From assembly GCA_002633005.1 (NCBI GenBank), contig NMRA01000499.1, forward strand, positions 62,001 to 126,000: a DNA stretch of 64,000 nt, read 5' to 3'. The translations under genes and the position numbers were made by a program. Below the pieces are notes generated by a model. The model ran no database searches. It worked only from the letters and a program-made list of their open reading frames with translations, and was not told where the DNA came from. The stretch's first letter is position 1. Each line of letters opens with the position of its first letter. Of this stretch, positions 1-12,899 are shown one piece after another. The stretch is from Phoronis australis. Taxonomy: Eukaryota > Animalia > Phoronida.

Positions 1-458
1 TGATATTTATTAAAATGTCCGTACGCTCCTACCGCCTTTCGTCAGTAGCATAGCGCAAGTGAAATAGGTTAGAGAACGAACAAGGGCTAACAATGTACAT
101 GAAATCAGAAAAAGGATAAATGCTTGCATGGAACATTGGTTCTGCTGTGGCACGATAACTTTTGCGTTTTAAATGCACTCGCGAGACCCACAATCGCCTG
201 AGTAAAAATTCGACTCAATCACATTAAAAGGCGATATGGTATATGAAGCTTCTCGTTTGGGATGCGCGGTGAAATATAAGTTATGTTGGACCATCTCTAG
301 GCGTTAGTAAAAGTCGAATTTCGTTACCTTGACATCATTTTTGACTTGAAAATGATTCTTTCACTGTTGTGTTAATGGAGACGCGAACAAAGAAATGCAC
401 GTGAGCTCGGGAGGGATGCTACACTCTATGAATTTAATTATTTTGTCACGAAGTAACT

Positions 459-3241
459 TTTCATACGCCTGCATATTTATATGTGGGTGCATATTGCAGT
501 CATCTCTGTCTGGGTGTCCTAAACCCTCACAGGATCTTGATGAGATTTAACAGATGTGTTTCTATGAAGCTGACGACAGATGACCACGAATTTCGGACAT
601 CTCTGACTACCGGTGTTCCCCTATTGGCAATTTTAATTTTGTACGTTTTCCTCTGTATCTTCAAAGGTCCTCAACGGATTTTTATGCACCCACATATTTA
701 TATGTGGACGCATTATGCCGTCATCTCTGTCCGTCCGTCCAGCCGTCCGGCGTCCGCTGCTCTATTTCGGAAACAGTTCAACGTATGTTCATGGAATTTT
801 GCCCACATGTTCCGTTCACGCATGGGACGGAATGAACGAACTTTTGGACGGATCCGACTACCGATGTGCCCCCTGATGGCAATTTTAGTTTTTACGTTCT
901 GTATCTTCAAAGGTCCTCAACATACTTTCATAAAATTTGGCGTATAGAGATCTATTAAGGAGATGACGCTATCCTTTCGTTTTCGGGTGGATTCGATGTA
1001 GTGTGCGCCACCTGGTGGCCATTTTTACTGTTTTTGGCGTCAGCAGCTCTGTCAACCAAACCACTCTAAGGATGATTGTGAAAATTGCCAAATGCTTTCG
1101 TACTGTGAAGAGGACGGCTGACGATGATTTTCCGACTTCGACTACTGTGGCGCACCCTAGTGGCGGTTTTGTATGCGGCTGTATCTCCTAAACCCTCTGC
1201 AGGATCTTTACTAAATTTAGCAAGTGTATTTATATGAAATTGACAATGGACGACGACGACTTTCGGATGGATCTGACTACCGGTGTTCTCCCTAGTGGCA
1301 ATTTTAGTTTTTTACGTTTACCTCTGTATCTCCAAAGGCCCTGAACTGATTATCATAAAATTTGAAATATAGGCATCTATAGGTGAAATGACACTGTCCT
1401 TCCGTTTTCTGACGAATTAGAAGTGGTCATTTTTGCTGTTTTCAAGACTGTTTTGGCGTTCTTCCATCTATCAATCAAACCAATCTGAGGATGATTTTGA
1501 AAATTGGCGTGTGTGTTCTCAGTGTGAATAGGACAGTTGATGACTACTTCGACTACTGTGTCGCCTCCTAGTGGCAGTTTTGTTTTGTTTTCCGCCCATA
1601 GCTGTATCTTGAAAACTCACTGCAGAATCTTTATGAAACTCAATAAGTGTAGGTAACAACAGACGGCGACGACTTTCAGACGGATGCGACGAACGCTGTG
1701 CCCCCTAGTGTCAATTTCATTTTTTCCGTTTTCCTTTGTTTCGCTGAAGTTCCTAGTAAGATTTTTTTTTGAAATTTCTTAAGTAGCTCTGTATTAAAAA
1801 TGATGACAGGTTCCATATTTAGGATGGTTTTGGCGAATTTTGGGCCAACTAGTGGCCATTTTTATTATGCAAATAAACAACCCCAGTAGCACATCGTTTG
1901 TGGTGCATTCGTGGGCGCATTTCAACGCTCCTCGTTCTTGTCATAAAATTTGGCAGTTGGGCATTTGTTAGTGAGATGACGCTATCCTCTCGTTTTTGGA
2001 TGGATTCGAGGTACTTTAAGCCACTTAGTGGTCATTTTTACTGTTTTCGAGTATTTTCTTTGTTGTCGGTCTCTGCATCAACCAAACCGCTCCAGGGATG
2101 TTTGTGAAAGTTGGCGTCTATGTTCATACTGTGAAGAGGGCGACTGTTAATGATTTTCCGACTACTTCGGTTACTGTGGCGTCTCCTAGAGGTAGTTTTT
2201 TAGTTTTGCGCCCATGGCTGTATCGCCTAAAACCTCTACAGGATCTTTATTAAATTTTGAAAGTGTATTGGTAGGAAGTTGACAACGGACGTCGACGACT
2301 TTCAGACGGATCGGACTACCGGTGTGCCCCACGTGGCAATTTTATTTTTTTTTTACTTTTACCTCTGTATCTTTAAAGGTCCTCTACGGGTTTTCATAAA
2401 ATTTGGCATTAGTGAGGTGACGCTATCTTCCGGTTTCCGGACTGATTCAAGGTATTTTTGCGCCACGTGGTGACCATGTTTACTGTTTTCGAGTCTGTTA
2501 TCGGCGTCTACCCCTCTGTCAACCAAACCACTCTAAGGATGATTGTGGAATTAGTATGCATGTTCCTATTGTGAAGAGGACGGCTGACGATGATTTTCCG
2601 ACTACCTGGTGCCTCATAATGGCAGTTTTGTTTTTTATGCCCATCGCTGTATTTCCTAAACCCTTTGCAGGATTTTTATTAAATTCAGCAAGTGTACTTA
2701 TATGATAACGACAAACACTGTGCCCCTAGTGGCGATTTCATTTTGTCTGTTTTCCTCTTTTTTTGAAGCTGCTTGGCGGGTTTTTATGAAATATGGTAAA
2801 TATTTTTTTATTGAAACGATGACATGTGGCTGTTTTCGGATGGATTCGACATATTTTGCGCCATATAGTGGTCATTTTTATCGTTTTTAGTCCGTTCAAC
2901 CAAACCACTCCAAGGATGATTATAAAAATTGGCATATATGTTCTTAGTGACGATGATTTTTTGACAACTTCATCTACTGTCAGTGGCACCTCCTAGTGGC
3001 AGTTAATTTTTGCGCCCATAGCAACATCATTTTTTGTTTTCCCCGGTTTCTCAGAAGTTTTTAAACGGATTTCAGTGAAATTTAGTGAATAACTTCTATG
3101 CCATGGACCAGTTTTCTGATGGATTTGACGTTTTTTTGCGCCATCTAGTGGCCATTTTTATGATTCAAATAAACACCCCTAGAAGCACACCGTTTGCGGT
3201 GCATTCGTGGGCGCATTTCAACGCTCCGCGTTGCTCTTGTT
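459..3241 (+). mobile_element. Cluster of non-autonomous Helentron-type (HINE/DINE-1-like) elements with degenerate internal repeats
   Basis: 5' end ttttatgcacccacatatttatatgtgg (about 680), a GTCC microsatellite (about 729-755) and recurrent ccctagtggcaatttt modules. The 3' subterminal IR ggtgcatt and hairpin caacgc-tcc-gcgttg precede ctcttgttt (about 3219-3241). A second 3' end lies at about 1941. Confidence 0.7.
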
Positions 3242-3446
3242 TATATTTAATAAATTTTAGTTTTATTTAAAATCAATTTTCACCATTTGTCAATATTGTC
3301 GGTTTCTTTGTCGTAGGCCTTTATTCATAAAAATTGAACGTGATCAGTTCTATATCCAGCAGAGGAGCAAAACAAGAAATGGAGGCCAAACTTTGTTAGA
3401 AATAAAACACCGACGGCACAAACAATATTTTAAAAATCCTTTTCAG

Positions 3447-3779
3447 ATTATGATGACCTACAACACAAAGGTCGACCTGATCAAGGTCTACTTCTCTCCT
3501 TCGCTGTCTAAGATGAAGTCGGTAAACAAAAAAGCATACGAGATCAAAGAAAACATGATCATGAGCTCAATTGTCAACTCTGCTGACATCTGGGCAGGTA
3601 CTGTTTGTCCCAAAAAGGCCCGACCTGCTCTCACGCCGTACGAAGTCGGAGATCCGAAAGACCTAGAAGAGAAGAAATCCAAAACGGTTCTCGCGCAAGA
3701 GGCGAAAGATGTGACACAACGACAAGCCGTTCTGAATTGGGAATTGGAATGGGTTAATAAGAGAATGAATCCAGCTTAA
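3447..3779 (+). CDS. Paralogue A, terminal coding exon (rest of the gene lies upstream of the window)
   Basis: ttttcag|ATT ATG ATG acceptor; IMMTYNTKVDLIKVYFSP...LNWELEWVNKRMNPA*. About 74% aa identity (hand count) to 54579-54908. Confidence 0.9.
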   Translation: MMMTYNTKVDLIKVYFSPSLSKMKSVNKKAYEIKENMIMSSIVNSADIWAGTVCPKKARPALTPYEVGDPKDLEEKKSKTVLAQEAKDVTQRQAVLNWELEWVNKRMNPA

Positions 3780-3974
3780 TCTCCATTTCTCTCGTGTAAA
3801 CGCACTGTGTCTCACTTACGTTTTAACTTTGTCAAGTTTTCACTAACACAGGCTCTTACTAAAAGGAAATGAATCATTTCTGAAACTCTTGGCTATTATA
3901 ACTGCATGGGCCAATATGACATGATTGATTTTGTTCGTGTAAGTGTTTTTGAAGTATCTATTATGCGCATACCT

Positions 3975-4109
3975 ATTAAATGTTCTTGCACTTTTTAAAG
4001 TATACGATTATGCCCGGCCTTTAAATCAAAGCCCATCTAGACATGCACTGAGGTGGTCAGGCCTGCAACCAGCTAGGGAAAAGGGGATGCAATATATTTG
4101 ATTAATAAA
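3975..4109 (+). promoter_or_regulatory. Candidate polyadenylation signals of paralogue A
   Basis: ATTAAA at 3975 and AATAAA at 4104, 200-330 nt after the stop. Motif only. Confidence 0.3.
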
Positions 4110-5299
4110 CCTTTTGCTTGCTCTTCAGCAGCCTCACCCGATCAGCAGGTTTCCCAAGTCGTAATCGATCATCTGTCCTTCATCACCTACTCCACTCTCT
4201 CTGTTCGGTTCCTTCACTTCTACTCGTTTCGTTAAGATACAGACTCAGTTAAACCAGTTAGAAACAAATTGATATGACTCACACGACAATATATGTCGAT
4301 TGGCAAATCTCAAATACCGGTGAATGTTGGGTTTTCATCCTTTGGACATCCGCCTGGCTGCAGGCCTGATGCTGTTGGAATACTTGCAAATTCTGTTTTT
4401 GTTTTGTAATCCAGGCTGCACAGCGCTAACTACTGCAAAAGTTCTCCATTTTGGGACAGCGAAAATTGGTGATTTTGGTCAAGACAGGAACTCATACCAA
4501 AATTTATAAATACGCAGTATTGGTCGTTCTCTAAATTCAAGAATCACAAGAAAAGCGAATTTTGCAATAGCTGCTATTTTCGACGATTTTATCTCAGACT
4601 TTTTGGATACAAAATACAATTTCCAATATTTGAGAAATATGATGAATGCCAACATTACCAATATTTAGAATGAAGAAAATTCAATGTTGGCTTGAATTTC
4701 AGTGTCCCAAATGTTAAAGACTGTCCCACACTCGGGAATTTTACCATAAGTCAAGCCAAAATTGGAAACTTTAAACTGGAATAAGTTAGCGGCAGTGAAG
4801 CCTCCCGTACAACATGTTCGTGCACGTATTTCATAGAATAGACAATAAAATGATACCTACCTACACCATTTTTATATGAAACCTTGTGTGTACACCAATG
4901 CAATGGGTGGGTATCCAAATACGATACATTGTAGTATGATGATCAATGCAATGGTTGGTTGTCCTAATTGCACATCAGTATACCAACGCGCCCCCTGGGA
5001 GCAACACTTGAAGAAAAGGGCGTATCGTCGCCGTTTTGTTTTTACGGGCGTAGACAAGGGGTAGAACCGGTGATTTAAGATGAACACAAAAAACGACAAG
5101 AGTGGTGGGTTACACCCAAAAGTAAAATATCTAGGATGTTGTTTGATTGGTACTAAAGAAACACATAAGGTCAACGTACAGTACAGGGGAGTAGCTACGT
5201 GCAAAACAAAAAGAAACAACGAGCGCTTCCCCGAGATGATTCGGGGAAAATAAGTATGCAGTGGCAGAGGATGTCATCATGGTGGCTCGACCAAAAATA

Positions 5300-8000
5300 T
5301 ACGCAATGCCAGACCCTAGATGACGCGGATGACAATAACTATCAACAAGACTGTTGAATTGACGGACAAGTAGCGACCTAAGTACACAGGTGTGAGCATT
5401 CTAACAGCACACTTTTGGAGCCATGAGCATAAACGATCATACTGAACGGTCGTCCAAAATAGCATACAGCAGTGGACGCGGTACTAATACAACAACGACC
5501 GGACTACTATAAAGATGCACAAATAAAAAACAACACTAAAGCAATTATAAACAACTGCCAATACTTAGTATGAATTAATTCGAAAAATGACATTTCCTAC
5601 TCAACATCCCTTGTGTTCATTGGAACGACAACTTGGTAAATCCTTGACATTTTGTGCTAACGGAAGCGTCGAGTTGTTGATGTTATTGTCTGTCAATTTC
5701 CATAATAATCCTTATTGCGCGTTCGGCAAATAAAAGAGGCAGGCGATAAAGGTTAATCTTTGTAAAACCTAAAACGCCTACAATTTCCAGTGCACAACGC
5801 TTCAAAACAGGATATTTCAACTTATTGGGGACAAATAAAACAACAAGAATAATATATGTTTTAAGTTGTATTGGGAATTTCCGGGTCACAGCTCTACAAA
5901 TAAATATTTCACAGAATGAACCAGGTGGGTTCCTTAATTACAAGAGATAACACACAGATTTCCGATACCCAATGTGTAATTGAGTATCGGATACTAAGTG
6001 GCACATGTTAGCATTGTACCAAATGGGTACATAATACCAAATGGGTATTGGCCGATTGCCTACCAACTGAGTCTAGCAAAACGGCAAATTTAGTAACAAG
6101 TACCAAGTGGGTACAAACTGCCAAATGGGCAAATATCATATAAAGTACCAAGTGGGTACACCAAACAGCCAACTGGGCTATAAAAACCTGCAAAGCAGCT
6201 TCCGGACAAGCTGAGTGAGCAGACCAGCCGGAGTGATAAAAAGAGATATTGTAAGGAACGTGGTGTTGTGGCTCAGTATGTGCCACATGGGCAGGGTTGT
6301 TCATGGATGAACAATCCTGTCCACCGCCACAACCCGCGTGGGGGCCGTGACCCTGGTAAAGGAGTGGAAGGGGATGGGGAAAAAGGTAGTCGCAACCAAT
6401 GAGAGATGGACCGATGCCATTCCCAGGTATAAAATTGTCTAATTAGGAAAACTTACGAGTGAATGTACTGTTGCTTGAGGCTGGGCCAACAGGAAGCTGG
6501 AGAGAAAGAACAAACAGCGCTGCCATCGGACTTGGTAGGAACAAACTATGAGTTGGATATGAAGGATGAAGGGCTGTATAATAGTATTTGCCCAAATAAT
6601 AGGATTTATGTCAGAGTGCCATAAATCTCATTGTTTTGAATTGTTCTACAGAAAGGACAGTTTGTATCCACAAATACAAGACCAACACATGGACAAAGGT
6701 AATATCGAAATTCTTCGTATGTTTTAGTGCTATGGAGTTAAGCGAGACACTGCCTGGCTTTTCACACGCGTTGCTTTAGAAAGAATCAAATTTATTTGTC
6801 GTTAGAACTGTGAAGTCTCACTTGTGAGGTTCGCGTTCGAATCCTACGATCAGCGCACTAACTGTATTTCGACTGCTTGTGGTCGCTCTAACATGAGTGC
6901 TTGTAAAGGAGCGAAAAAATATTTATCTGGACACACAAACTTAATCACTACACTGACTGGGATTTGATTACTTTGTCACAGTATATCGTGACAAATCCTA
7001 GTATGGTAATCCATTCGCCTCGAATTTCTGCGTCAAAGACGACGGATGGAAAAAACTTCTTCATAATTGGCCATTCTGTAATTCAAAGAATAAACTTTGT
7101 CATGTAAAGTTTGTCAGGTTACGATATACTGTTTCAAAGTAATCAAATTCCAGTTTTTGTAGCAATTAAGTGCGTGTCCATATAAATATATATTTTTTCA
7201 CTCACACACCGAACGAGCACAAAGATTCGAGAAAGAATTAGTGCAGTGATTGAAGAATTCGAGCGCGGACCAAATGAGAGTTCACCTTTCTAAAGACAAA
7301 TTTCATTATCTGTAAATTTTCAGTGATAAAACGTGTAAAGCAGGAAAGTAGCAGGCCAAAACCCATAGGTCTAAAACACATGAAGAAATTCAATATTTCA
7401 TTTGTACACGTGTTACCTTGTAATTAATTATTGCAATCTGACCTGTCTCTCAATCGAGCGAGCTGAAAGAAAAAAATCAAACAATCCTGCAATTCAAAAC
7501 AAGTTGAAATCGACTTATATTAAGCACTATGCGCTGGAGGTAGTAGGCATTTTTGGTTTTGTAGGAATTAGTTATTGCCGCCCGCCTTTTTGTCTGCCTA
7601 ACGCCCAATAAGGATCACTAGGAAAATTGACAAACATCAAAAACTCGAACCTTTCGATATCACAAAACATCAATGACTTACCTTTTAAAAAATGTCGTTC
7701 AAATGAGCTCATTTTCCCCATTAATACACATTAATTGCTGGCAGCTGCTAAAAATTACATTTAGTGTTGTTTTCTATTTGAGCATGTTTATAATAGCCCG
7801 GTTCGTGTTGTGTTAGAACTGCGTACACTGCAGTTTGCTATGTTGGACGACCGTTCAATATAACCGTTTATGCTATGACCGATGTACTGTTCGAATGCTC
7901 ACTCTTTTGTACTTGCTACTTTGGTCGCTCCTTTCCCGTTAATTCAACGGTCCTCATGATAGTTACGCGCCATCTAGCGTCACCTAGGGTGTTTGCGTAA
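5300..8000. repeat. Large degenerate inverted repeat (foldback-like) with roughly 0.9-kb arms and an insertion in the left arm
   Basis: About 5300-5960 plus 6680-6995 is the reverse complement of about 7115-8000, e.g. taactatcaacaagactgttgaatt vs aattcaacggtcctcatgatagtta. ORF-track peptides 5683..5889(-) and 7402..7611(+) resemble each other. Confidence 0.75.
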
Positions 8001-9308
8001 CGTGGTTGTTTTTAAATTACTTCTATTTGTACAATTTGCCATGAATTTCTTACTGAGATATTTCACTCTGTTACAGAAACAAGATGAAATTATTTTGAGC
8101 CAACTTATAGGGCTATCGGTCTTTTCACTGCGGTGATATTGAAAGTTAAAATTTGGAAATGTAATTTTGACCTCTGATTTGAATTTTACAGTGCTTGAAT
8201 AATTTGAACAAAAAGGTCTCAAATATTTCCAGACCAGTTGATGATACCCTAAGGTTAGTCCGTTATTTATTTTACGGTTTCGGTTTATCGATTTCTGTGA
8301 AACTACTTTTAAAAGTATTTCACCCGACATAAGACCTAGTGTTTGCTCATTGAATTCTTGATCTGAGACAGTATCCTTTGGGTTCGGATTGATATGGAAA
8401 ACTGTGCGCAATAGACTTGGGTACGGTCCCGTCGCAGTAAAACAAGACTAACACTTATAATGGTCATTCAGTTGAAAGATTGGAAAACCGGTTATGTTCA
8501 ATGATGTCCGTTAAAAGTGTCGCTTCTTGATTCTTTTTCCAAATGACGGAGATTCAGTTATTTTACTGCACCAGTATATGAATTCATTTACACCATGAAC
8601 ACAAACTGAACGGACGACGTTGCATTTCTAAAGGTTTTGACGACTGAAATAATTTGATTGGGAATGTTTGCACTCGTTCTCACTTCTCATACGATCTATG
8701 TAATTTAAGCGCCAGTTCCTAAGTACGTCTAGTAAAAACTGTAGATGAAGCATGCAGCAGACGTTTTAAGAACTTAGGCCACCTTGAACCAAAATGCCTT
8801 AAGCCATCAAAGTGTCAATGCTGGCATTCAATGCGGCTGATGTCGAGGGCATACAATGTAACTTGTAGTGGAAATAAAACCCACCAGGCGAAATCCTCTC
8901 GGGAATAAAATGTGCGCCCCCTTTTGTTAGAAATTTTACTTATGAGCGATTAGCAGCGTTCTTTATCGCTTGAAGTGAAAAGTATATGCAATTGTCGGCA
9001 TTCCGCGACCCTACTGAAGCAATGCAAAGTTGCCTCGGAAACACGACAATTTCCAGTCAATGTGTTCATCTCTTATAAAGTTTTTTGCCATTGTCAAATA
9101 ATGAATAGGATATACCTGAGAGTAATAAGTTCATCGTGGTCCTTTGATTCATGCACATTATAACGTTCCAGAGATGTTCAACTGGCAGCACGGTAGTTGT
9201 AACCCGGGTATTTGATCCAAAAATCAAGGATAGGCCCATAATCACATCTACTGATGAGTAATGGATTCTTGAACTCAACAGCGAAATTGCTTATGTTCCT
9301 TTCATTAA

Positions 9309-9836
9309 AGAGGCATGGAACGCGAAAGCTCGTCAAAATATCTTTTAAACAATTTCTGTCGAAAGTAACATCTCGTAACGTCTAGTACAGAGTAATTCAG
9401 TTTCCCCGTGAGGAAATTTCCAGAAAAAAATCACAAAATTCACGATTATTGAAATACGCGCGAAGGAAAAACTCTGCGGTTACCATCTATGATAAAAGCG
9501 CGCATGCTCTCACAGTCCGTTGCTTGAAGTCGCTTGAGGTCAAAGGTCCCATTTTCCACATTAGGGAAATGTGCTACTTATGTTATGTTTTGGTATACCA
9601 AATAAGAAGACGTGCTTTGCCTTGTGGGAGAAAAATCGACGAAGCGGCGAGCAGGGACGGGTCGTTTTTTTTGCGGAAATTTGAAACTCAAAGAAAATGC
9701 TATGATATCAACAAAAATTACAAATATATACGGACAAATTTTAAAAATATCTGGTAAACAGGTTGAATTCTGTTTCAGTGGCAGAGAACCATTTTCAATA
9801 TTGCAATTTAGTCTGTTTATCGCGTTCCAGGCCTCC
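9309..9836. mobile_element. Non-autonomous DNA transposon with TTAA TSD (Kolobok/piggyBac-type)
   Basis: ttaa|agaggcatggaacgcgaaa ... ttatcgcgttccaggcctcc|ttaa. A related copy lies at about 55521-56292 and a 5' fragment at about 13171. Confidence 0.7.
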
Positions 9837-9921
9837 TTAAAACTAAGATAATGCAACATAATTATGTGAATCCTAAGTACTTTAGGTATCATAGCCGGTA
9901 TCAGTCGGCTGGTTAAGAATA

Positions 9922-10017
9922 CAGGTGTCCATAGCTTCTGATAGTCACCAATACTAAGTCTTATAAAATAGACATAAATGTAGTGTATTGGTGACTATCA
10001 GAAGCTAAGGGCACCTG
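9922..10017. repeat. Hairpin MITE-like palindrome
   Basis: caggtgtccatagcttctgatagtcaccaatac ... gtattggtgactatcagaagctaagggcacctg. Confidence 0.75.
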
Positions 10018-12469
10018 GGCTTAAGACGTCAATTAGGCTATCTACAACGTGGCAGGTGCTTGACAGAAATCCCAAGCAGGTGCTGATAATGGGTTATGGG
10101 CTTATGTTTTAACATAATTTGACGTTAGTGACTTTAAAAAGTCGCTAACGTCAAACTAAAAATGAACAGCCTGTATTTTCCCAGTTCATTCAGCTCATGT
10201 GGTTTTACTACTTAGCAAACAATTGGTTACACCGATGACACTCCAAAACCTCATCAAGTCAGAGTCGGGATTTCCAGACATAGCGCTCCGTGTCGTTTCA
10301 GACAATGAGAACAAAAGATACATCTTAATTTCACACAATTTATGTTGCATCTAGTGACATTTTGAGTCACTGGTGAGAACATTACGACGAAGAGTACACG
10401 TTCGTGAAATCCATTCCATAACATCGCAAAATCTTCAAATGTGTAGACCGCCATGTATTATACGGAAATCATTTCAAGAATTAAACACGAGCCTAAAATC
10501 ATCCAACGTTGTCTGGCCTGTCACACAGTAGCGCCATCACTCGCAAAACCTTAAAACTAAGCCTTGGTTTGAAAAGAATTGTACAGAGACTAACCAGCGA
10601 TGAAATGGGGACAACTAGAAAATTTGTATCAGTGTTTTTTTAAACAGACCTTCTTGTTTTCATTTTGCAGCTAGGATGTGTTCCTATTATAAATGGCAAG
10701 TACGACTGGTGAGGGGAAAATAAAAGAATCTTTGTGACATGGGTCCCAGTTAGTACCCATCTTGACGACGAATTATCGACTACCTCCGCTCGTAGTCCTC
10801 GACATACATTTTGAGACACTAGCAGGCAATTTTATCTGGGCAGTCTTACTTGTGACCGTAGATTCATAAGTATTAAGACAACATTTAGGCATTACTTATC
10901 TTGCTCTTTTTACGAACAATTAAGGAGTGAGCAGGCTGTCCATTCAAACGACCTATTTGCCGTTGTATTCAGACCATACATGACAAAACGTCCAAACATA
11001 TAATACAGGCGAGACATTTTTCCTCGGTTAATATCATACAACAATTCACGGTCCACCAACGATGTTTTTATTATTGTTTGAATGTTTCCAATGACAACAA
11101 AGGTTGATTTCGTCGCTCTGTTACACCTGTTTAGGTTGGTTATTTACAAAGTAATTGAACCCGGATCCTATTGTGACCTCAGATCTTAGATAGGCAGTGG
11201 ACTGTAAACCATAGCAGGCTTTTAACACCAGTTCTGTGGTCGTTTTTGCTTTACGTTTTTAATATCACATCATCGACACTTTAAAGAAATTTACCCCTAA
11301 GGGACGATATTGAAAATAATTAAATTGCATTAAGTCAAAAACAGTTTTATTTTTCAAATCAAAATATAAATTCAAAACTAATTTCTGAAAATATGAACGT
11401 CACTATAAACCTGCATGAGTTCAAAAAGATTGGAAGGACAGCTGAGCTACCACTCTGATACATGCAGTATGACATGACTGTTGTGTAAGCAAATTTCACG
11501 TTCGTTGTCGATACTGATTGTGACATTGTTGCCTATTGGAATTGAGAAGTATTCTACCGTCGTTGTTTTATGTTAAAACAGCTTTCGTATTATCCATTTT
11601 ACAGACTGTTTTCATCAAAATACTCTTTTTAAGTTGTTAGAAAATCACATTGTAATATTATTTATCCTTTTGCAAATGTAACTTCTGCTCACATCTAACA
11701 CGACAAAATTCAGGAAAAGTTAAGGTCTTTTAAGGCTCTTGCTGCCAGAAACGCATTCGTGAGTCTGATAGTCAAGTACACAAAATTGTGTACGTTGAGT
11801 ACAGTCGACCCAGTTGTGACACCTATTGGAAAAATACTAAGGCGAACCTAAACGTCTTTTGTTCGGAAATAATGCATTTAATTTCTTTTTCAGTATTTTT
11901 GGGGAATTAATAGAATATTGTGTTAAAAATGCGGATTTGTCACACTAAAAAATCACAAAAGATATGCACAAAACGTACCGAGAGTGGTGTAGATGAAGTA
12001 ATATCCCACGAGACATTCCGCGTATCGACCGAGACCGATACGCCAATCGAGGTGCGTTTTGTATTAATCCCATACGCTTCGAATTCCTAAGTTTCTTTCA
12101 TTTTCAGGCACAATTTTTAAATACTTCACTAAGACTGTTCACGTGGCGGATCACATCCTATATGTATGTACTTGCGCGTTAGGTTGCAAGTTTTCTCTAG
12201 TAAAAGAAACAGTTTAAATGTAACGATTTATTACTTGAAAAGATGTAACAAAGATGAAAACAACGGTAACTGCGCATTGAACTTGTAACCTCTCCTGAAA
12301 ATATTTAAGTAAAAACAATATTTGATATTGTAGTTACCGAGGAATCGGCGCCTCGGTTGCAGACGATATGATAATTAGCAATTCAAAACTGAGACAGAAC
12401 TGTCCGGTTCCAGATGTCACGGTTAGGGCCTGATTGTATGTTGAGTGTTATTTACACTGCTACGATTGT

Positions 12470-12899
12470 AAGGTACCTAAACTACACGGTCAACAGACTC
12501 ATAAACACGACTCACGGACCTGCAAACACCGTCCACTGACTCACAAACACGTGAACGGACTCACAAAACACGATCCACGCACCCAAATACACGGGACACG
12601 GACTCATATTCACGAGGAAACACGGTTAATGGACCGCCAAACACTCGGTTTACGGACAAAATGAAAATGTCAGCTGACCAAGGAAGCCGATGAGTCCGTG
12701 ACCCGTGTTCTGCGGTCCGTTAACCGTGTTTCCTCGTGAATATGAGTCCGTGTCCCGTGTATTTGGGTGCGTGGATCGTGTTTTGTGAGTCCGTTCCCGT
12801 GTTTGTGAGTCAGTGGACGGTGTTTGCAGGTCCGTGAGTCGTGTTCATGCGTCCGTGCCCGTGTTTATGAGTCCGTTGACAGTGTAGTTTAGGTACCTT
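12470..12899. mobile_element. Foldback/MITE with near-perfect inverted arms of about 170-190 bp
   Basis: aaggtacctaaactacacggtcaacagactcataaacacg ... cgtgtttatgagtccgttgacagtgtagtttaggtacctt. Arms are built from gactca/cacg submodules. Confidence 0.8.

Noticed and set aside
483-3270. Multiple short ORFs in the first 3.3 kb
   Set aside because: They lie in degenerate HINE-like repeats and show no protein-like conservation between repeat copies.
5683-7611. Two similar peptides on opposite strands suggesting an inverted gene pair
   Set aside because: The similarity is explained by the inverted repeat arms, which extend through stops and indels.
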